Assembly: GCA_963779615.1 (NCBI GenBank)
Contig: CAVZZA010000001.1
Location: 384,001 to 448,000 of the forward strand
DNA: 64,000 nt
From: an uncultured Nitrososphaeraceae archaeon
Lineage (GTDB): Archaea > Thermoproteota > Nitrososphaeria > Nitrososphaerales > Nitrososphaeraceae
Direction: 5' to 3'
Part shown: one piece after another, positions 63,406 through 64,000 of the stretch
How the letters are laid out: every line of letters starts with the position of its first letter
Position numbering within the stretch: position 1 is the stretch's first letter
Notes under the pieces: model-generated
What the model was told of the DNA's origin: nothing
What the model saw: only the letters and a program-made list of their open reading frames with translations
Database searches by the model: none
Position numbers and translations under genes: made by a program

Positions 63406-63978
63406 TTAGTTGGTAAATTCCCTATAAATAAAGCAAACCGCCAAACTTCCTAATGTGTCAACCCACAAGTCTACAAACATGTCTAATGGTTCAGTCTGGA
63501 TAAACCCACTTGATCCGTATGCACTAACAGATATCCATTCGTAAACCTCCCATACAATAAATGCCATCCATGCGGCACCTATGCTGATAGGAAAATAATA
63601 TCTTCTCCTCTTTGTTATAATGAAATTAAGGACAATTGCCGTTATTCCCATTGCGGATAACCCGTGAGTAACGCTATCAATAGATGTTGTATCGTAGAGG
63701 TGAAATGTGTACTCCGACATAAAATGCGCTCCCAGTGCCTCGCCTCCAACAAAAAGTGTAAAAAACAACCATCCCCTACTTGTGTCAACCACCTTTTTTC
63801 CCAAAAGTTTGATTTCTATGCCGCTGTGCTCCTCATGATGCTGATGCCTTCTATGCTCTTTCTCGGTTCTCAACGCCAAATATAAAAATAAGAACCCTGC
63901 GCTTATGAAAACAATTGATACAAAGGGATTTGCAAGCCATTCGGGTCCATGCATGAAATACTTGGATTGTGAATACAA
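63406..63978 (-). CDS. membrane protein with a His-rich loop (may extend 5')
   Basis: About 5 TM helices, DSVTH, WEVYEW, D-VD motifs. Confidence 0.75.
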   Translation of the reverse strand: MYSQSKYFMHGPEWLANPFVSIVFISAGFLFLYLALRTEKEHRRHQHHEEHSGIEIKLLGKKVVDTSRGWLFFTLFVGGEALGAHFMSEYTFHLYDTTSIDSVTHGLSAMGITAIVLNFIITKRRRYYFPISIGAAWMAFIVWEVYEWISVSAYGSSGFIQTEPLDMFVDLWVDTLGSLAVCFIYREFTN

Positions 63979-64000
63979 GCTATTTAATTTCTTGGAAAAC

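Overview
AT-rich archaeal chromosome segment. Gene content and protein sequences point to a soil ammonia-oxidising archaeon (Nitrososphaeraceae, Nitrosocosmicus-like); this assignment is an inference. Positions 1-21 kb are core genome: an IS5-type remnant, a DegT-family aminotransferase, a two-intron tRNA-Ser(TGA), a CBS-HPF fusion, class II HMG-CoA reductase, hisGDC, the exosome superoperon (SBDS-rrp4-rrp41-rrp42-rpl37ae-pcc1-pfdB-xpf), rpoD-rpl18e-rpl13-rps9 and a two-intron tRNA-Ser(CGA) at 20908-21031. Downstream of that tRNA is a gene-sparse accessory region with many pseudogenes. The most notable signal is about 9-11 co-oriented, intergenic, degenerate copies of the tRNA TPsiC arm between 24.6 and 46.6 kb. 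Most carry an upstream mirror arm at a fixed 21-nt spacing. Several bracket exactly one accessory gene, and two lead directly into decayed integrase-like N-termini. This looks like a tRNA-anchored, integron-like cassette or accretion array. All alignments were made by eye and no database searches were run.
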